Part shown: positions 9,061 to 19,094 of the stretch, in pieces
How the letters are laid out: each line of letters opens with the position of its first letter
Position numbering within the stretch: position 1 is the stretch's first letter
Assembly (NCBI GenBank): GCA_033551855.1
Contig: JAWSUI010000026.1
Span: 1 to 51,920, forward strand
Reading direction: 5' to 3'
DNA length: 51,920 bases
From: Deferrisomatales bacterium
GTDB lineage: Bacteria > Desulfobacterota > Deferrisomatia > Deferrisomatales > JACRMM01
The notes under the pieces: generated by a model
What the model was told of the DNA's origin: nothing
What the model saw: only the letters and a program-made list of their open reading frames with translations
The model's database searches: none
Program-made: the position numbers and the translations under genes

Positions 9061-9247
9061 CCCCCGCGCAAACAGCACCCGCCGGGGGCGTCCCCCGCGC
9101 TCCGGCCGGGTTTCGGCCGGAGCTCCCGGGGAGCCTCGGCCGCCGCGGCGTGGGCTCTTCGGCCATCTCCTTTCCGGGTGTCGGTTCTTTCCGGCCCCGT
9201 CCTTATGATCCGCCCCGTTGGGGGGCCCTGCTCAGGGAGGTCTCACG

Positions 9248-11737
9248 ATGAAGGCCGTTCTGATGGCCGGTGGGTTCGGCACCCGCATCCAGCCGCTGAC
9301 CCACTCCGTGCCCAAGCCCATGGTGCCGCTCCTCAACCGCCCCATGATGGAGCACATCGTGGGGAAGCTGCGGGAGACGGGAATCACCGAGATCGTCGTG
9401 CTCCTGTACTACATGCCCGACGTGATTCGGGACTACTTCGGGGACGGCTCCCGTTTCGGCGTCCGCCTCGACTACCTCCTGCCCGACGACGACTACGGCA
9501 CGGCCGGCGCCGTGAAGTGCGCGGAGGACCGCCTGGACTCGACCTTCCTGATCATGTCCGGGGACCTGGTCACGGACTTCGACCTGGTCCCGATCCTGGA
9601 ATTTCACCGGGCCAAGCGGACCCCCGTCACCATCACCTTGACTAGCGTGCCGAACCCCCTGCAGTTCGGCGTCGTCATCACCGACGCCGGGGGGCGCATC
9701 CTGCGCTTCTTGGAGAAACCCGGCTGGGGAGAGGTGTTCAGCGACACGGTCAACACCGGGATCTACGTGCTGGAACCCGAGATCCTGCGGCTCATCCCGC
9801 CGGGGCGGCCCTTCGACTTCTCGAAGGACCTCTTCCCGATCTTCCTCCGGGAGAACATCCCGATTTACGGCTACAACGCGCCGGGATACTGGCGGGACGT
9901 GGGCGACACCGATTCCTACCGTGAGGCGGTGCGGGAGATCCTCGAGGGGAAGGTCGGGCTCCGGTTCCCCGGGGAAGCCCACAGGGCGGGCGCGGGTACG
10001 GTGTGGGCCGAGGAGGGGGTCGTGTTGCCCCCGGACCTCGCGGCCCAGGGCACGGTCGTCGTGGGAAAGGGCGCAACCATCGGCAGCGGGGTCACCCTGC
10101 ACAACGCCGTGCTCGGGGACCAGTGCCGGGTCGGGGACGGCGCCGTATTGGAGAACGCCAACCTCTGGCGGCGTGCCAGCGTCGGGGCCCGCACCGTCCT
10201 CCGAAACGTGGTGCTGTGCGACGACGTCAAGCTCGGGGATGACGTGCGCGTCGAGAAGGGCGCCGTGGTGGCCGAGGGCACGGAGGTGGGGTCGGGCGCC
10301 TGCTTCGAGAAGGACATCCTCGTGTGGCCGAACAAGAAGATCGAAGCCGGCAGCGTGCTCTCCGCCAACCTGGTGTGGGGGGACAAGTGGAAGAAGTCGG
10401 TCTTCGAGGGCGGTGCGGTGCAGGGGCGTACCAACGTGGAGCTCTCTCCCGAGTTCGCGGCCAAGATGGGGGCGGCCATGGGCTCGATGCTGCCGCGGGG
10501 CAGCCACATTCTGGTGGGCCGGGACTACCTGCGAGCCAGCCGCATGCTCAAGCGCGCCTTTCTCGGGGGGATCCTGTCCACCGGCGTCAACGTCCACGAC
10601 ATCAAGATGGTGCCCGTGCCGGTGGAGCGGTACAAGCTCGCGAGCTTCGGAGAGGTCGCCGGGGTGTATTTCCAACAGAGCACCTCGGGGAGCCGGAACA
10701 CCGAGATCGTCTTCTACGACGAGAACGGCAACGTGTTGGACACGGGCCTCGAGAAGTCGATCGAACGTCTCTTCTTCAAGGAGAACTTCCGGCGGGTGGA
10801 TCACTCGGAGGTGGGGGGCATCCGAGAGATGGGAGCCGTGCCGGAGTTCTACCGGGAAGGGTATCTCCGGGCGCTCGACGCCGACACCGTGCGCTCGCGC
10901 AAGTTTCGCGTGGTTCTGGACCTCGGGAACGGGACCACGGGGGAGTACCTGCCGCCGCTCCTGAACACCCTGGGATGCCAGACGGTCGTGCTGAACGCCT
11001 ACCCGGACGAGCGCCGCCTCATGCGGCGGATGTTCGAGGCGGAGGAGGCCGTGCGGCAGGTCGGGGAGATCGTCCGGGCGCTCCGGGCCGACGTGGGGTT
11101 CTACGTGACCCCGGGGGGGCAGAACCTCGAGCTCATCGACGACCGGGGCGACGTGCGGCCGGCCCACGAGACACTCCTGTTCCTGCTCAAGCTTTTGGCG
11201 GCCACGAGCCCGACCGGTACCCGGGCCTTCCTGCCGGTGACCGCACCGCGGGTGCTGGAAAACACCGAGCCCGGCCTCCGGGTGACCCGGGGCAAGACCA
11301 CGAGCCTCAAGACCTCCCAGATGCACGAGTACGCATTCATCTCCGAAGCCCCGGGAAAGTTCGCCTTTCCGGGGTTCCTCCACGCCCCCGACGCCATGTT
11401 CACCGCTGCCAGGATACTGGAGCTCCTGTGCAAGTCCGGCCGGCGGGTGAGCGAGGTCTTCGACGACCTCCCTCCGGTCGCCTACCTCCAGCGGGAGCTC
11501 CCCTGCCCCGTGGAGAGCAAGGGGCTCGCGATGCGCCGGATCAGCGAGGACAGCGTGGACAAGGACGCGAGCTTCGTGGACGGGGTGCAGGTGCAGCTCA
11601 ACGGCTCCAGCGTGCTCCTCCTGCCGGACCCGTACCGCCCCGTGCTCCACCTGGTGGTGGAGGGGGAGGACCCGGCGGACGTGGAGCGGCTCGCCCAGGC
11701 CTACCAGGACAAGGTGCAGGCCTGGATCGGGGTCTAG
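9248..11737 (+). CDS. sugar-phosphate nucleotidyltransferase (ManC/GlgC-like) + hexapeptide repeats + phosphomannomutase-like domains
   Basis: MKAVLMAGGFGTRIQPLT..PKP, GTAG, FLEKP, YWRDVG, left-handed beta-helix repeats, PGM/PMM-like C-terminal half. Confidence 0.9.
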   Translation: MKAVLMAGGFGTRIQPLTHSVPKPMVPLLNRPMMEHIVGKLRETGITEIVVLLYYMPDVIRDYFGDGSRFGVRLDYLLPDDDYGTAGAVKCAEDRLDSTFLIMSGDLVTDFDLVPILEFHRAKRTPVTITLTSVPNPLQFGVVITDAGGRILRFLEKPGWGEVFSDTVNTGIYVLEPEILRLIPPGRPFDFSKDLFPIFLRENIPIYGYNAPGYWRDVGDTDSYREAVREILEGKVGLRFPGEAHRAGAGTVWAEEGVVLPPDLAAQGTVVVGKGATIGSGVTLHNAVLGDQCRVGDGAVLENANLWRRASVGARTVLRNVVLCDDVKLGDDVRVEKGAVVAEGTEVGSGACFEKDILVWPNKKIEAGSVLSANLVWGDKWKKSVFEGGAVQGRTNVELSPEFAAKMGAAMGSMLPRGSHILVGRDYLRASRMLKRAFLGGILSTGVNVHDIKMVPVPVERYKLASFGEVAGVYFQQSTSGSRNTEIVFYDENGNVLDTGLEKSIERLFFKENFRRVDHSEVGGIREMGAVPEFYREGYLRALDADTVRSRKFRVVLDLGNGTTGEYLPPLLNTLGCQTVVLNAYPDERRLMRRMFEAEEAVRQVGEIVRALRADVGFYVTPGGQNLELIDDRGDVRPAHETLLFLLKLLAATSPTGTRAFLPVTAPRVLENTEPGLRVTRGKTTSLKTSQMHEYAFISEAPGKFAFPGFLHAPDAMFTAARILELLCKSGRRVSEVFDDLPPVAYLQRELPCPVESKGLAMRRISEDSVDKDASFVDGVQVQLNGSSVLLLPDPYRPVLHLVVEGEDPADVERLAQAYQDKVQAWIGV

Positions 11738-11745
11738 GATCCCCC

Positions 11746-13839
11746 GTGGGGGCGAGGGTCGCCCTTCTCTGGCACATGCACCAGCCCTACTACCGCAACC
11801 CGGTGGGGGGCGAGTACCGCATGCCGTGGACCTTCCTGCACGCCGCGAAGGACTACTACGACATGCTGGCCCTGGCCGTCGAGGCCCGCGCCCGGGTGAC
11901 CTTCAACCTGGTGCCGAGCCTCCTCGACCAGCTCCAGGACTACGCGGACCCGGGGGTCCGCGACACCTTCCTGGACCCGTTGCGCCTGCACCCCGACGAG
12001 CTCTCCCGCGACGCCCGCGAGGACCTGACGCCGCGACTCTTCTTCGCCCACCTGGAGAACCAGATCCGCCCCCTGGCGCGCTACTTCGATCTCCACGGGA
12101 AGAGCGGCCGGGGGGGGCCCCTCTCCGCCGCCGAGCTCCTAGACCTGGAGGTCCTGTTCCTGCTCGCGTGGACGGGCGAGGCGGTCCGGGCCGAGGAGCC
12201 GCTGGTACAGCGCCTGCTCGGCCGGGGCAGGCAGTACTCCCAGGAGGACAAGGGGGAGCTGCTCGGCCTGCTCCACCGCGTCTGCGAGCGCACCGTGGAG
12301 GCCTATCGGGACGCCCAGGACCGGGGGGACGTGGAGATCTCCACCACCCCCTACTACCATCCCATCCTCCCGCTGCTCCTCGACGTCCAGAGCGCCCGGG
12401 CGGCCCTGCCCCACGCCACCCTCCCGGTCATCCAGCGGGGCTTCGGGGGGGACGCCCTGCGCCAAGTCCGCGACGCGCGGGAGCGCTATCGGGAGCTCTT
12501 CGGGCGTTTTCCCGCCGGGTTCTGGCCGTCGGAAGGCTCGGTGAGCGCGGACGCCTTGGCCCTGCTCGCCGACGAGGGAGTCGAGTGGGCCGCGAGCGAC
12601 GAGGACATCCTGGCCGCCAGCCTGGAGGTGTCGCTGACCGGGGACCGGCGCGCGGAGCTCTACCGGCCCCACGCCTTCCGCTCGCCGGCCGGCAGGGAGA
12701 TCGCCGTCTTCTTCCGGGACAAGATCCTGGCGGACCTCATCGGGTTCACCTACGCGGCGTGGGAGCCGAAGGCCGCCGCGGAGGACTTCGTCGGCCGCCT
12801 CGCCGGCATGGCCCAGGGTCCGGCGCGGGGAGGCACCATCAGCGTCATCCTCGACGGGGAGAACGCGTGGGAGTTCTACGCCGAGAACGGCGCACCCTTC
12901 CTCCGCCTCTTGTACCGCGCCATCGCCGCCCACCCGGAGCTCGACCTCGCCACCTTTTCGGAGTGCCGGGACGGTGGGCGGCCCCTCCCCCGAGTCCATC
13001 CCGGCTCCTGGATCTACGGGTCCTTCTCCACGTGGGTCGGGCACCCCGAGAAGAACCGCGCCTGGGAGCTCCTGGAGCGCACGCGGTGCCGGCTCGCCGA
13101 CGAGGAGGCGAGGCTGGACCCGGACGCGCGGGAGCTGGCGTGGCAGGAGATCCGCATCGCGGAGGGAAGCGACTGGTTCTGGTGGCTCGGGGACGACCAC
13201 TACACCCCCCTGGCGGGGGAGTTCGACGGCCTGTTCCGCCTGCACCTGATCAACGTCTACCGGCTGGCGGGGCTCGAACCCCCCTCGGAGCTGCACGCCC
13301 CCATCAAGGGCGGCGTCCGCCACGGCCTGCTCGAGGTGCCGGTGGGGCCGCTTCGCCCCCGGCTCGACGGCCGAAGGAGCTCGTACTTCGAGTGGCTCCC
13401 GGCGGGAATCTTCGACCTGGGCTACGACGCCGGCGCCATGCACCGGGCCGACCGCCGGCTGCGGCGGCTTCGCTTCGGGACCGGCGGCGGGGAGTTGCAC
13501 CTGTGCGTCGAGGGGGAGGGCAGTCTGCAGAGCCTCGTGAGCCGCGGCCTGCACGTGGAGGTAGAGGTACTGGGACAGGATCGGCTCCGGGTCCGTCTCC
13601 CCCTGGACGGGGGCGCGGCATCGGTCCTGGAGGGCGACGCGCCGGGGGCCGCGTTCGCTTGGGGGGAGGTGGGGGAGATTTCATTGCCCCTGGGGGCCGT
13701 CGGGTTCTCCCCCCCCGGCTCACTTTACGTCGGCCTCCGCCTCGTCCAGGGAGGGGAGGTTCTCGAGAGGGCCCCCCTGTACCACCTGGCTCAGCTGCCG
13801 ATCCCAGCGGACCACGACTTGGAGTCGTGGTCCGCGTGA
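11746..13839 (+). CDS. glycoside hydrolase family 57 (amylopullulanase-like)
   Basis: LWHMHQP, TTPYYHPILPLL, FWPSEG (nucleophile Glu), ILDGENAWEFY (acid/base Asp), AEGSDWFWW. Confidence 0.92.
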   Translation: MGARVALLWHMHQPYYRNPVGGEYRMPWTFLHAAKDYYDMLALAVEARARVTFNLVPSLLDQLQDYADPGVRDTFLDPLRLHPDELSRDAREDLTPRLFFAHLENQIRPLARYFDLHGKSGRGGPLSAAELLDLEVLFLLAWTGEAVRAEEPLVQRLLGRGRQYSQEDKGELLGLLHRVCERTVEAYRDAQDRGDVEISTTPYYHPILPLLLDVQSARAALPHATLPVIQRGFGGDALRQVRDARERYRELFGRFPAGFWPSEGSVSADALALLADEGVEWAASDEDILAASLEVSLTGDRRAELYRPHAFRSPAGREIAVFFRDKILADLIGFTYAAWEPKAAAEDFVGRLAGMAQGPARGGTISVILDGENAWEFYAENGAPFLRLLYRAIAAHPELDLATFSECRDGGRPLPRVHPGSWIYGSFSTWVGHPEKNRAWELLERTRCRLADEEARLDPDARELAWQEIRIAEGSDWFWWLGDDHYTPLAGEFDGLFRLHLINVYRLAGLEPPSELHAPIKGGVRHGLLEVPVGPLRPRLDGRRSSYFEWLPAGIFDLGYDAGAMHRADRRLRRLRFGTGGGELHLCVEGEGSLQSLVSRGLHVEVEVLGQDRLRVRLPLDGGAASVLEGDAPGAAFAWGEVGEISLPLGAVGFSPPGSLYVGLRLVQGGEVLERAPLYHLAQLPIPADHDLESWSA

Positions 13840-13870
13840 CCCCGACCGCCCGCCGCCGACCGGAGTTCCC

Positions 13871-14887
13871 ATGAGCGAGCTTCGCTTCGACCCCCTCAAG
13901 CGGCGTTGGGTCATCGTGGCCCAGGAGCGAGCGCTGAAACCCGCCGATCTGGTCCAGCCGAAGCCCGAACCATCCTCTCGAAACTGCCCCCTGTGCCCGG
14001 GGAACGAGCAGTACGCCGGCCAGGAGATCTTCCGCCTGCCGGGTGGTCCGGCGGACTCGTGGCGGGTGCGGGTGGTGCCGAACAAGTTCCCGGTGCTGCG
14101 GGTGGAGGGAGATCTGGAGCGCAGCGGCCGGGGTCTGTACGACGTGGTCTCGGGCGTCGGCGCCCACGAGGTCGTGGTCGAGAACCCGGACCACGAGCGG
14201 TCCATGGCCGACCTGGAGGTGGAGGAGCTCCGCGACGTCCTCGCCGCCTTCCGCTCCCGTCTCACGGATCTCCAGCGGGATCGGCGCCTGCGCTACCTGA
14301 TGCTCTTCAAGAACCACCGGGCCGAGGCCGGGGCCCGTCTCGACCACTCCCACTCCCAGATCATCGCCATCCCGGAGATCCCGGTCCAGATCGCCGCGGA
14401 GCTGCGCAGCGCCCGCGACCACTTCCGGCGAAAGGAGCGGTGCCTGCTCTGCGACATCCTCCGCCAGGAGCACGACGAGGGCGCGCGCCTCGTGCTCGAG
14501 ACCGGCCGCTTCACGGCCTTCGCGCCCTTTGCGTCCGCCTTCCCCTTCCAGGTGACCGTGGCGCCGCGTGCCCACGCCCACGACTTCTCCTCGCTGACCG
14601 ACGAGGATCTGCTCCAGCTCGCCGGGACCCTGCGGGAGGTGCTGGGCCGCCTGAAGGCGGTGCTGGAGGACCCTCCGTACAACCTGGCGCTGCACACATC
14701 CCCACCGGAGCACGCCCGCCCGGGCCGCCCCGGCCTCTGGGACAGCCTGAGCTTCGACTGGCACTGGCACCTGGAGATCGCCCCCCGACTGACCCGGATC
14801 GCGGGGTTCGAGTGGAGCACGGGCTTCCACATCAACCCGGTCACCCCCGAGGAGGCGGCCCGGTACCTTCGGGACCAACCGGCCTGA
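13871..14887 (+). CDS. galT: galactose-1-phosphate uridylyltransferase-like (GalT/HIT superfamily)
   Basis: MSELRFDP, CPLCPGNE, VVPNKFP, G.HEVVVE, FKNH...GA..DHSHSQ, HWHLEI.PRL. Confidence 0.85.
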   Translation: MSELRFDPLKRRWVIVAQERALKPADLVQPKPEPSSRNCPLCPGNEQYAGQEIFRLPGGPADSWRVRVVPNKFPVLRVEGDLERSGRGLYDVVSGVGAHEVVVENPDHERSMADLEVEELRDVLAAFRSRLTDLQRDRRLRYLMLFKNHRAEAGARLDHSHSQIIAIPEIPVQIAAELRSARDHFRRKERCLLCDILRQEHDEGARLVLETGRFTAFAPFASAFPFQVTVAPRAHAHDFSSLTDEDLLQLAGTLREVLGRLKAVLEDPPYNLALHTSPPEHARPGRPGLWDSLSFDWHWHLEIAPRLTRIAGFEWSTGFHINPVTPEEAARYLRDQPA

Positions 14888-14953
14888 GGGGCTCTTGCAC
14901 CCCGGCCGGGCATCCCGGCCGGCCGCCGCCGCGCACCGCGGCGAGGAGGCACC

Positions 14954-15457
14954 ATGGACCGTCCCATCGCGCACCGACTGTACGAGGCGTTCGTCGCGGA
15001 GGCGAAGGCCTACTTCCGCCTCCTCGAGTACGCCCGGCGGGCCGACGCCGAGGGGTTCCCCAGGGTGGGGCTCCTGTTTCGGGTGATCGCCGAGTCCGAG
15101 CGCATCCACGCCAGCCGCAACCTGCGGCTCGTCGGGGATCTCGTGGTGAAGGACACCCAGCAGAACCTCGAGGAGGCCTTCGAGCGGGAGCAGCTGGCGG
15201 CCCAGACCCGCTACCCGGAGCTCATCCGCGAAGCGGCGGCCGCAGGCAACCACGCGGCGGAGGTGGTGTTCAGCCAGAACCGCGACGTGGAGGAGCGGCA
15301 CGCCGCGCTGTACCGCCACGCGCTGCAGTTCCTCGCCGGGGGGCAGGAGCCCGCGTATCACGTGTGCCGCATCTGCGGGTACGTGGCCGAGGGCGCCCCC
15401 CCGGAGGCGTGCCCCGTCTGCGGGGCCAAGGAGCAGCCGTTCCGCCTCGTCGAGTAG
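14954..15457 (+). CDS. rbr: rubrerythrin
   Basis: ExxH diiron motifs (ESERIH, VEERH) plus C-terminal rubredoxin CRICGY...CPVCG. Confidence 0.9.
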   Translation: MDRPIAHRLYEAFVAEAKAYFRLLEYARRADAEGFPRVGLLFRVIAESERIHASRNLRLVGDLVVKDTQQNLEEAFEREQLAAQTRYPELIREAAAAGNHAAEVVFSQNRDVEERHAALYRHALQFLAGGQEPAYHVCRICGYVAEGAPPEACPVCGAKEQPFRLVE

Positions 15458-15543
15458 AACGGGCGGGACGCGGCGGCACCACCGGCGCCCCCGCCCGCCC
15501 CACCCCGGCCCCGAACCCCTCTCGCCGGAATAAAGGAGCACCC

Positions 15544-16014
15544 ATGAACCTTCACATCGTATCCGACGCCTTCCCCCACGGCGGGGAGATCCCCCGGCGG
15601 CACACCTGCGACGGCACGGACCTCTCTCCTCCCCTCTCCTGGTCCGGTGTCCCGGAAGGGACCCGGAGCCTCGCCCTTATCGTGGACGACCCGGACGCCC
15701 CCGACCCCGAGGCCCCGAAGACGACCTGGGTCCACTGGGTGCTCTACAACCTTTCTCCGACGTCCCCCGGCCTGCCGGAGGGGGTGGAGGAGCTCCCCCC
15801 AGGGACGGGAGAAGGGCTCAACGACTGGAAGCGGACGGGGTACGGCGGGCCCTGCCCGCCCATCGGCCGCCACCGGTACTTCCACAAGCTCTATGCCCTG
15901 GCAGAGGTGCTGCCGGACCTGGGAACGCCCACGAAGGCGGTGCTGGAGGCGGCGATGGAGGGGAAGATCCTGGCCAGGGCGGAGCTCGTGGGGACGTACC
16001 GCCGGTCGGGGTAG
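15544..16014 (+). CDS. YbhB/YbcL (PEBP, Raf kinase inhibitor-like) protein
   Basis: SPPLSW, DDPDAP, WVHWVLYN, GYGGPCPP, HRYFHKLYAL; AAGGAG RBS. Confidence 0.93.
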   Translation: MNLHIVSDAFPHGGEIPRRHTCDGTDLSPPLSWSGVPEGTRSLALIVDDPDAPDPEAPKTTWVHWVLYNLSPTSPGLPEGVEELPPGTGEGLNDWKRTGYGGPCPPIGRHRYFHKLYALAEVLPDLGTPTKAVLEAAMEGKILARAELVGTYRRSG

Positions 16015-16073
16015 GGGCGCCCGGCGATCGAGCCAGGCCGGCCGGGACCGTCTCGTGCCACGATCGGGCAGAC

Positions 16074-19000
16074 TCAGGCGCCCGGGTCCTCGGGCCCGGG
16101 GCGGACGGCAGCGGTGCCGCGCAGGTACTCCCCGACGGACCGGGCCTCGCGTTCGAGCTCCGCGAACAGGCCCGGCACCCGCTCCAGGCGACCGCCCCTC
16201 CCCGCAGCCTCGAGATCCCACGCCAGGGCGCACGCCGTTCTCGCGCGAAAGACGGCGAGGCTGCCCCGGAAGCCGTGAGCGGCTCGCTCGATTCCCGCGC
16301 CGTCTCGCCCCGCGACCGCGCTCCGAAGCCGCTCCAGCGAAGAGGGAAGCTCCTCGAGGAACCGCTCCACCAAACGGGGGAGGAGCGTCCCGTCCTTGCC
16401 GAACGACTGCCGCAGCCCGGAGAGGTCGATGGGGGCCTTACCGTCGGACCGGGGGGTTCGGTTCCGCATCAACTGCTGGATGACAACGGCGTAGAGTTCG
16501 TCGGCGCCCACCGGCTTGGCCAGGTAGTCGTCCATGCCCGCCTCGAAACATCTCCCCCGGTCCTCGCGCAGGGCGTGGGCCGTGAGGCCCACGATGGGGA
16601 GGCGAGGGCGGGTCCGCCCGCCCTCGTCCTCCTGCGCCCGGATTCGCCGGGTGGCTTCCAGGCCATCCATCTCCGGCATCTGCACGTCCATCAAGATGAG
16701 GTCGAAGTCGCGGGCATCGACGGCCTGGAGCGCGGCCCGGCCGTCCGCCACGATCGTGACCCTCCAACCCTTCCTGGCCAGCAGCGTCTGAACCAGGATC
16801 TGGTTTATGGGGTTGTCCTCGACCAGGAGGATCTCCGCAGGAGGTTCGACGGCGGGGGCTCGGGCCTCTTCCCTTTCCCCATCGCCGCGCCGGCCGCCGT
16901 CGACCAGTGCCTTTCGGACGGCGTCGTAGAGATCGGCCCGGGAGAGGGGCTTGATCAGATAGGCCGAGATGCCGAGATTTCGACAGCGCCTCAGGTCGTC
17001 GCCGACCGTGTCGGAGGTCAGCATGAGGACGGTGGGGACCTGGGGCAGGTCGCCGTCTCGCAGCTCCTCGGCCACCCGGAAGCCGTCCATCTCGGGCATG
17101 CGGCGGTCGAGGAGAAGGAGCCGGTAAGGACGACCCTCGTGTTGGGCACCCTGGAGGAGCTTGAGCCCCTCTTCGCCGCTCGAGGCCACGGAGACATCCA
17201 TCCCCAAGTGGGAGAGCATCTCGACGAGGAGGAGCCGGTTCTTCGGGTGGTCGTCCACTACAAGCGCTCGAATCCCCCGCACCTGCGGGAGCTCGGGATC
17301 CTCCGGCGCCGGACCGCTCTGCAGTCCGAACCTCGCGGTGAAGGTGAAGGTGCTGCCCGCCCCCTGCCGGCTCTCCACCTCGATGGCCCCGCCCATCTCC
17401 TCCACCACGTGCTGGGAAATCGCGAGCCCGAGCCCCGTGCCGCTGTGGCGCCGGGTCGAGGAGGAGTCGACCTGGCTGAAGCTCTGAAACAGGAGATCGC
17501 GCTTGTCCTCGGGGATCCCGATCCCGGTGTCCCGCACCCGGATCGCCAGGCGGCAGAAGTCTTCGGAGATCTCCGCCGCCCCCACCCGGACCTCGACTTC
17601 CCCCCGGTCGGTGAACTTGATCGCGTTCCCCACCAGGTTCACCAGCACCTGGCGAAGGCGCCCGGAGTCTCCCACCAGCGCCGTGGGGACGTCGGGAGGC
17701 AAACTCCACAGCAGTTCGATCCCCTTGCGATGAGCCTGCAGCGCCAGGGACTGGAGGGCCTTTTCCAGGGTCACCCGCAAGTCGAACGGCTCCTCCGCGA
17801 TCTCGAGCCTTCCTGCTTCCATCTTCGAGATGTCCAGGACATCGTTGATGACCCCCAGAAGCGACTCGGCTGAGCCCTTCACCAAGCCCAGGAACTTCCG
17901 CTGCTCCCCGCTGAGCTCCGTGCCGAGCAGGAGCTCCGAGAAGCCCACCACTGCGTTCATGGGAGTACGGATCTCGTGGCTCATGTGGGCGAGAAAGGAG
18001 CTCTTGGCCAGACTTGCCCCCTCGGCCTGCTCCTTGGCCTCCCGGGCCTCGGCCTCGGAGCGGGCCAGGTCCCGGAAGAGAAGCAGATAGGGGGTCTCGA
18101 GGGAGCTCTGCACGAGGGCCCGGAAGATCAGGGCCACGGAGACGAGCTTGAAGACGTGGCCCTGAAAGTTGAAGAAACCGTAGACGTCCACGTACAGGGT
18201 AAAGCTCATCTCCGACAGGATCGTGACCCCGATGGAGGCTAGGAGGAGCCGGAGGACCCTCGAGTCCAGGTGGGCGCGCCCTCGCCAGAGCAACCACCCG
18301 GCCCCGGCGAGCAGCGCCGAGACGGCATACTCGCTCCCCACCTTGAAGGCGGTGAGCCCCGATCCCTCCACGAAACAGTCCGGAAACCACCCCCAGGTGA
18401 TGGAGGCCAGCAGTGTGCCGGTCCCGGCGAGAGACCCCGTCAGCAGGACCCAGGGACGAGGATGGAAGTTTCGGCCCAACGAGAGGGCCGCCAGGGCGAT
18501 CGCCAGGCTCTCGGCGTACCGGGCCGCGATCCAGAGCTGAGTCGGGAGGTTCGCCCCCTGCCCCGGAAAGACCCCCATCCCCTTGAAGGCCAGGGTGTGG
18601 ACGGCATCCAGGACGGCTACCGAGAGATACCCGGTGGCAAGGATGAGGAGCATGTCCGAGCGGACGATCCGCCGCGAGCTCCACCCCACGGTGAACACCG
18701 TAGCCGCGACGGCGATGCTCAGGCCTTCGATGATAGCGTGGTAGAGCAGGTAGTTTTGGCGGCTGAGCTCGTGCAGGACAGCCAGCGAGACGGCCCCGGC
18801 CCCGACCGCACCGACGCGCAGCAGCGAACCGGCGAAGGGACGCACCAAAGGGGCGGCCGAGCAAGGGCGGGGAAGGAGGGCCAAGACTCTCCAACTCCAG
18901 TACCTGGTGCGCCAGGATGGGGACGGCGCCGAGGGGCGTTCGGCAAACCGCAGTCCCGCAGGACTGCCTGGCAGAGAAGGTACCTGACTCGCCCCCGATC

Positions 19001-19076
19001 CTTCAACCCATCTCGGAAACCACGAGCCACCGCCAGTCCGAAGAGCGGCTCCGGGGAGCCCCGAGGCGTCCCGCAC
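16074..19076 (-). CDS. hybrid sensor histidine kinase (MASE3-HisKA-HATPase-REC-REC-Hpt)
   Basis: HTLAFKGMGVF...TQLWIAARY (MASE3), SHEIRTPMN, NLVGNAIKFT, DTGIGI, GTGLGL, two REC domains, AHGFRGS; true start probably downstream of 19076. Confidence 0.9.
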   Translation of the reverse strand: MRDASGLPGAALRTGGGSWFPRWVEGSGASQVPSLPGSPAGLRFAERPSAPSPSWRTRYWSWRVLALLPRPCSAAPLVRPFAGSLLRVGAVGAGAVSLAVLHELSRQNYLLYHAIIEGLSIAVAATVFTVGWSSRRIVRSDMLLILATGYLSVAVLDAVHTLAFKGMGVFPGQGANLPTQLWIAARYAESLAIALAALSLGRNFHPRPWVLLTGSLAGTGTLLASITWGWFPDCFVEGSGLTAFKVGSEYAVSALLAGAGWLLWRGRAHLDSRVLRLLLASIGVTILSEMSFTLYVDVYGFFNFQGHVFKLVSVALIFRALVQSSLETPYLLLFRDLARSEAEAREAKEQAEGASLAKSSFLAHMSHEIRTPMNAVVGFSELLLGTELSGEQRKFLGLVKGSAESLLGVINDVLDISKMEAGRLEIAEEPFDLRVTLEKALQSLALQAHRKGIELLWSLPPDVPTALVGDSGRLRQVLVNLVGNAIKFTDRGEVEVRVGAAEISEDFCRLAIRVRDTGIGIPEDKRDLLFQSFSQVDSSSTRRHSGTGLGLAISQHVVEEMGGAIEVESRQGAGSTFTFTARFGLQSGPAPEDPELPQVRGIRALVVDDHPKNRLLLVEMLSHLGMDVSVASSGEEGLKLLQGAQHEGRPYRLLLLDRRMPEMDGFRVAEELRDGDLPQVPTVLMLTSDTVGDDLRRCRNLGISAYLIKPLSRADLYDAVRKALVDGGRRGDGEREEARAPAVEPPAEILLVEDNPINQILVQTLLARKGWRVTIVADGRAALQAVDARDFDLILMDVQMPEMDGLEATRRIRAQEDEGGRTRPRLPIVGLTAHALREDRGRCFEAGMDDYLAKPVGADELYAVVIQQLMRNRTPRSDGKAPIDLSGLRQSFGKDGTLLPRLVERFLEELPSSLERLRSAVAGRDGAGIERAAHGFRGSLAVFRARTACALAWDLEAAGRGGRLERVPGLFAELEREARSVGEYLRGTAAVRPGPEDPGA

Positions 19077-19094
19077 TCTCCCCGACAGCGGCCC

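Noticed and set aside
10324..11745. N-terminal 474 codons of the 1171-aa ORF as part of GH57
   Set aside because: Overlaps the nucleotidyltransferase-PMM gene in another frame; GH57 homology starts at 11746
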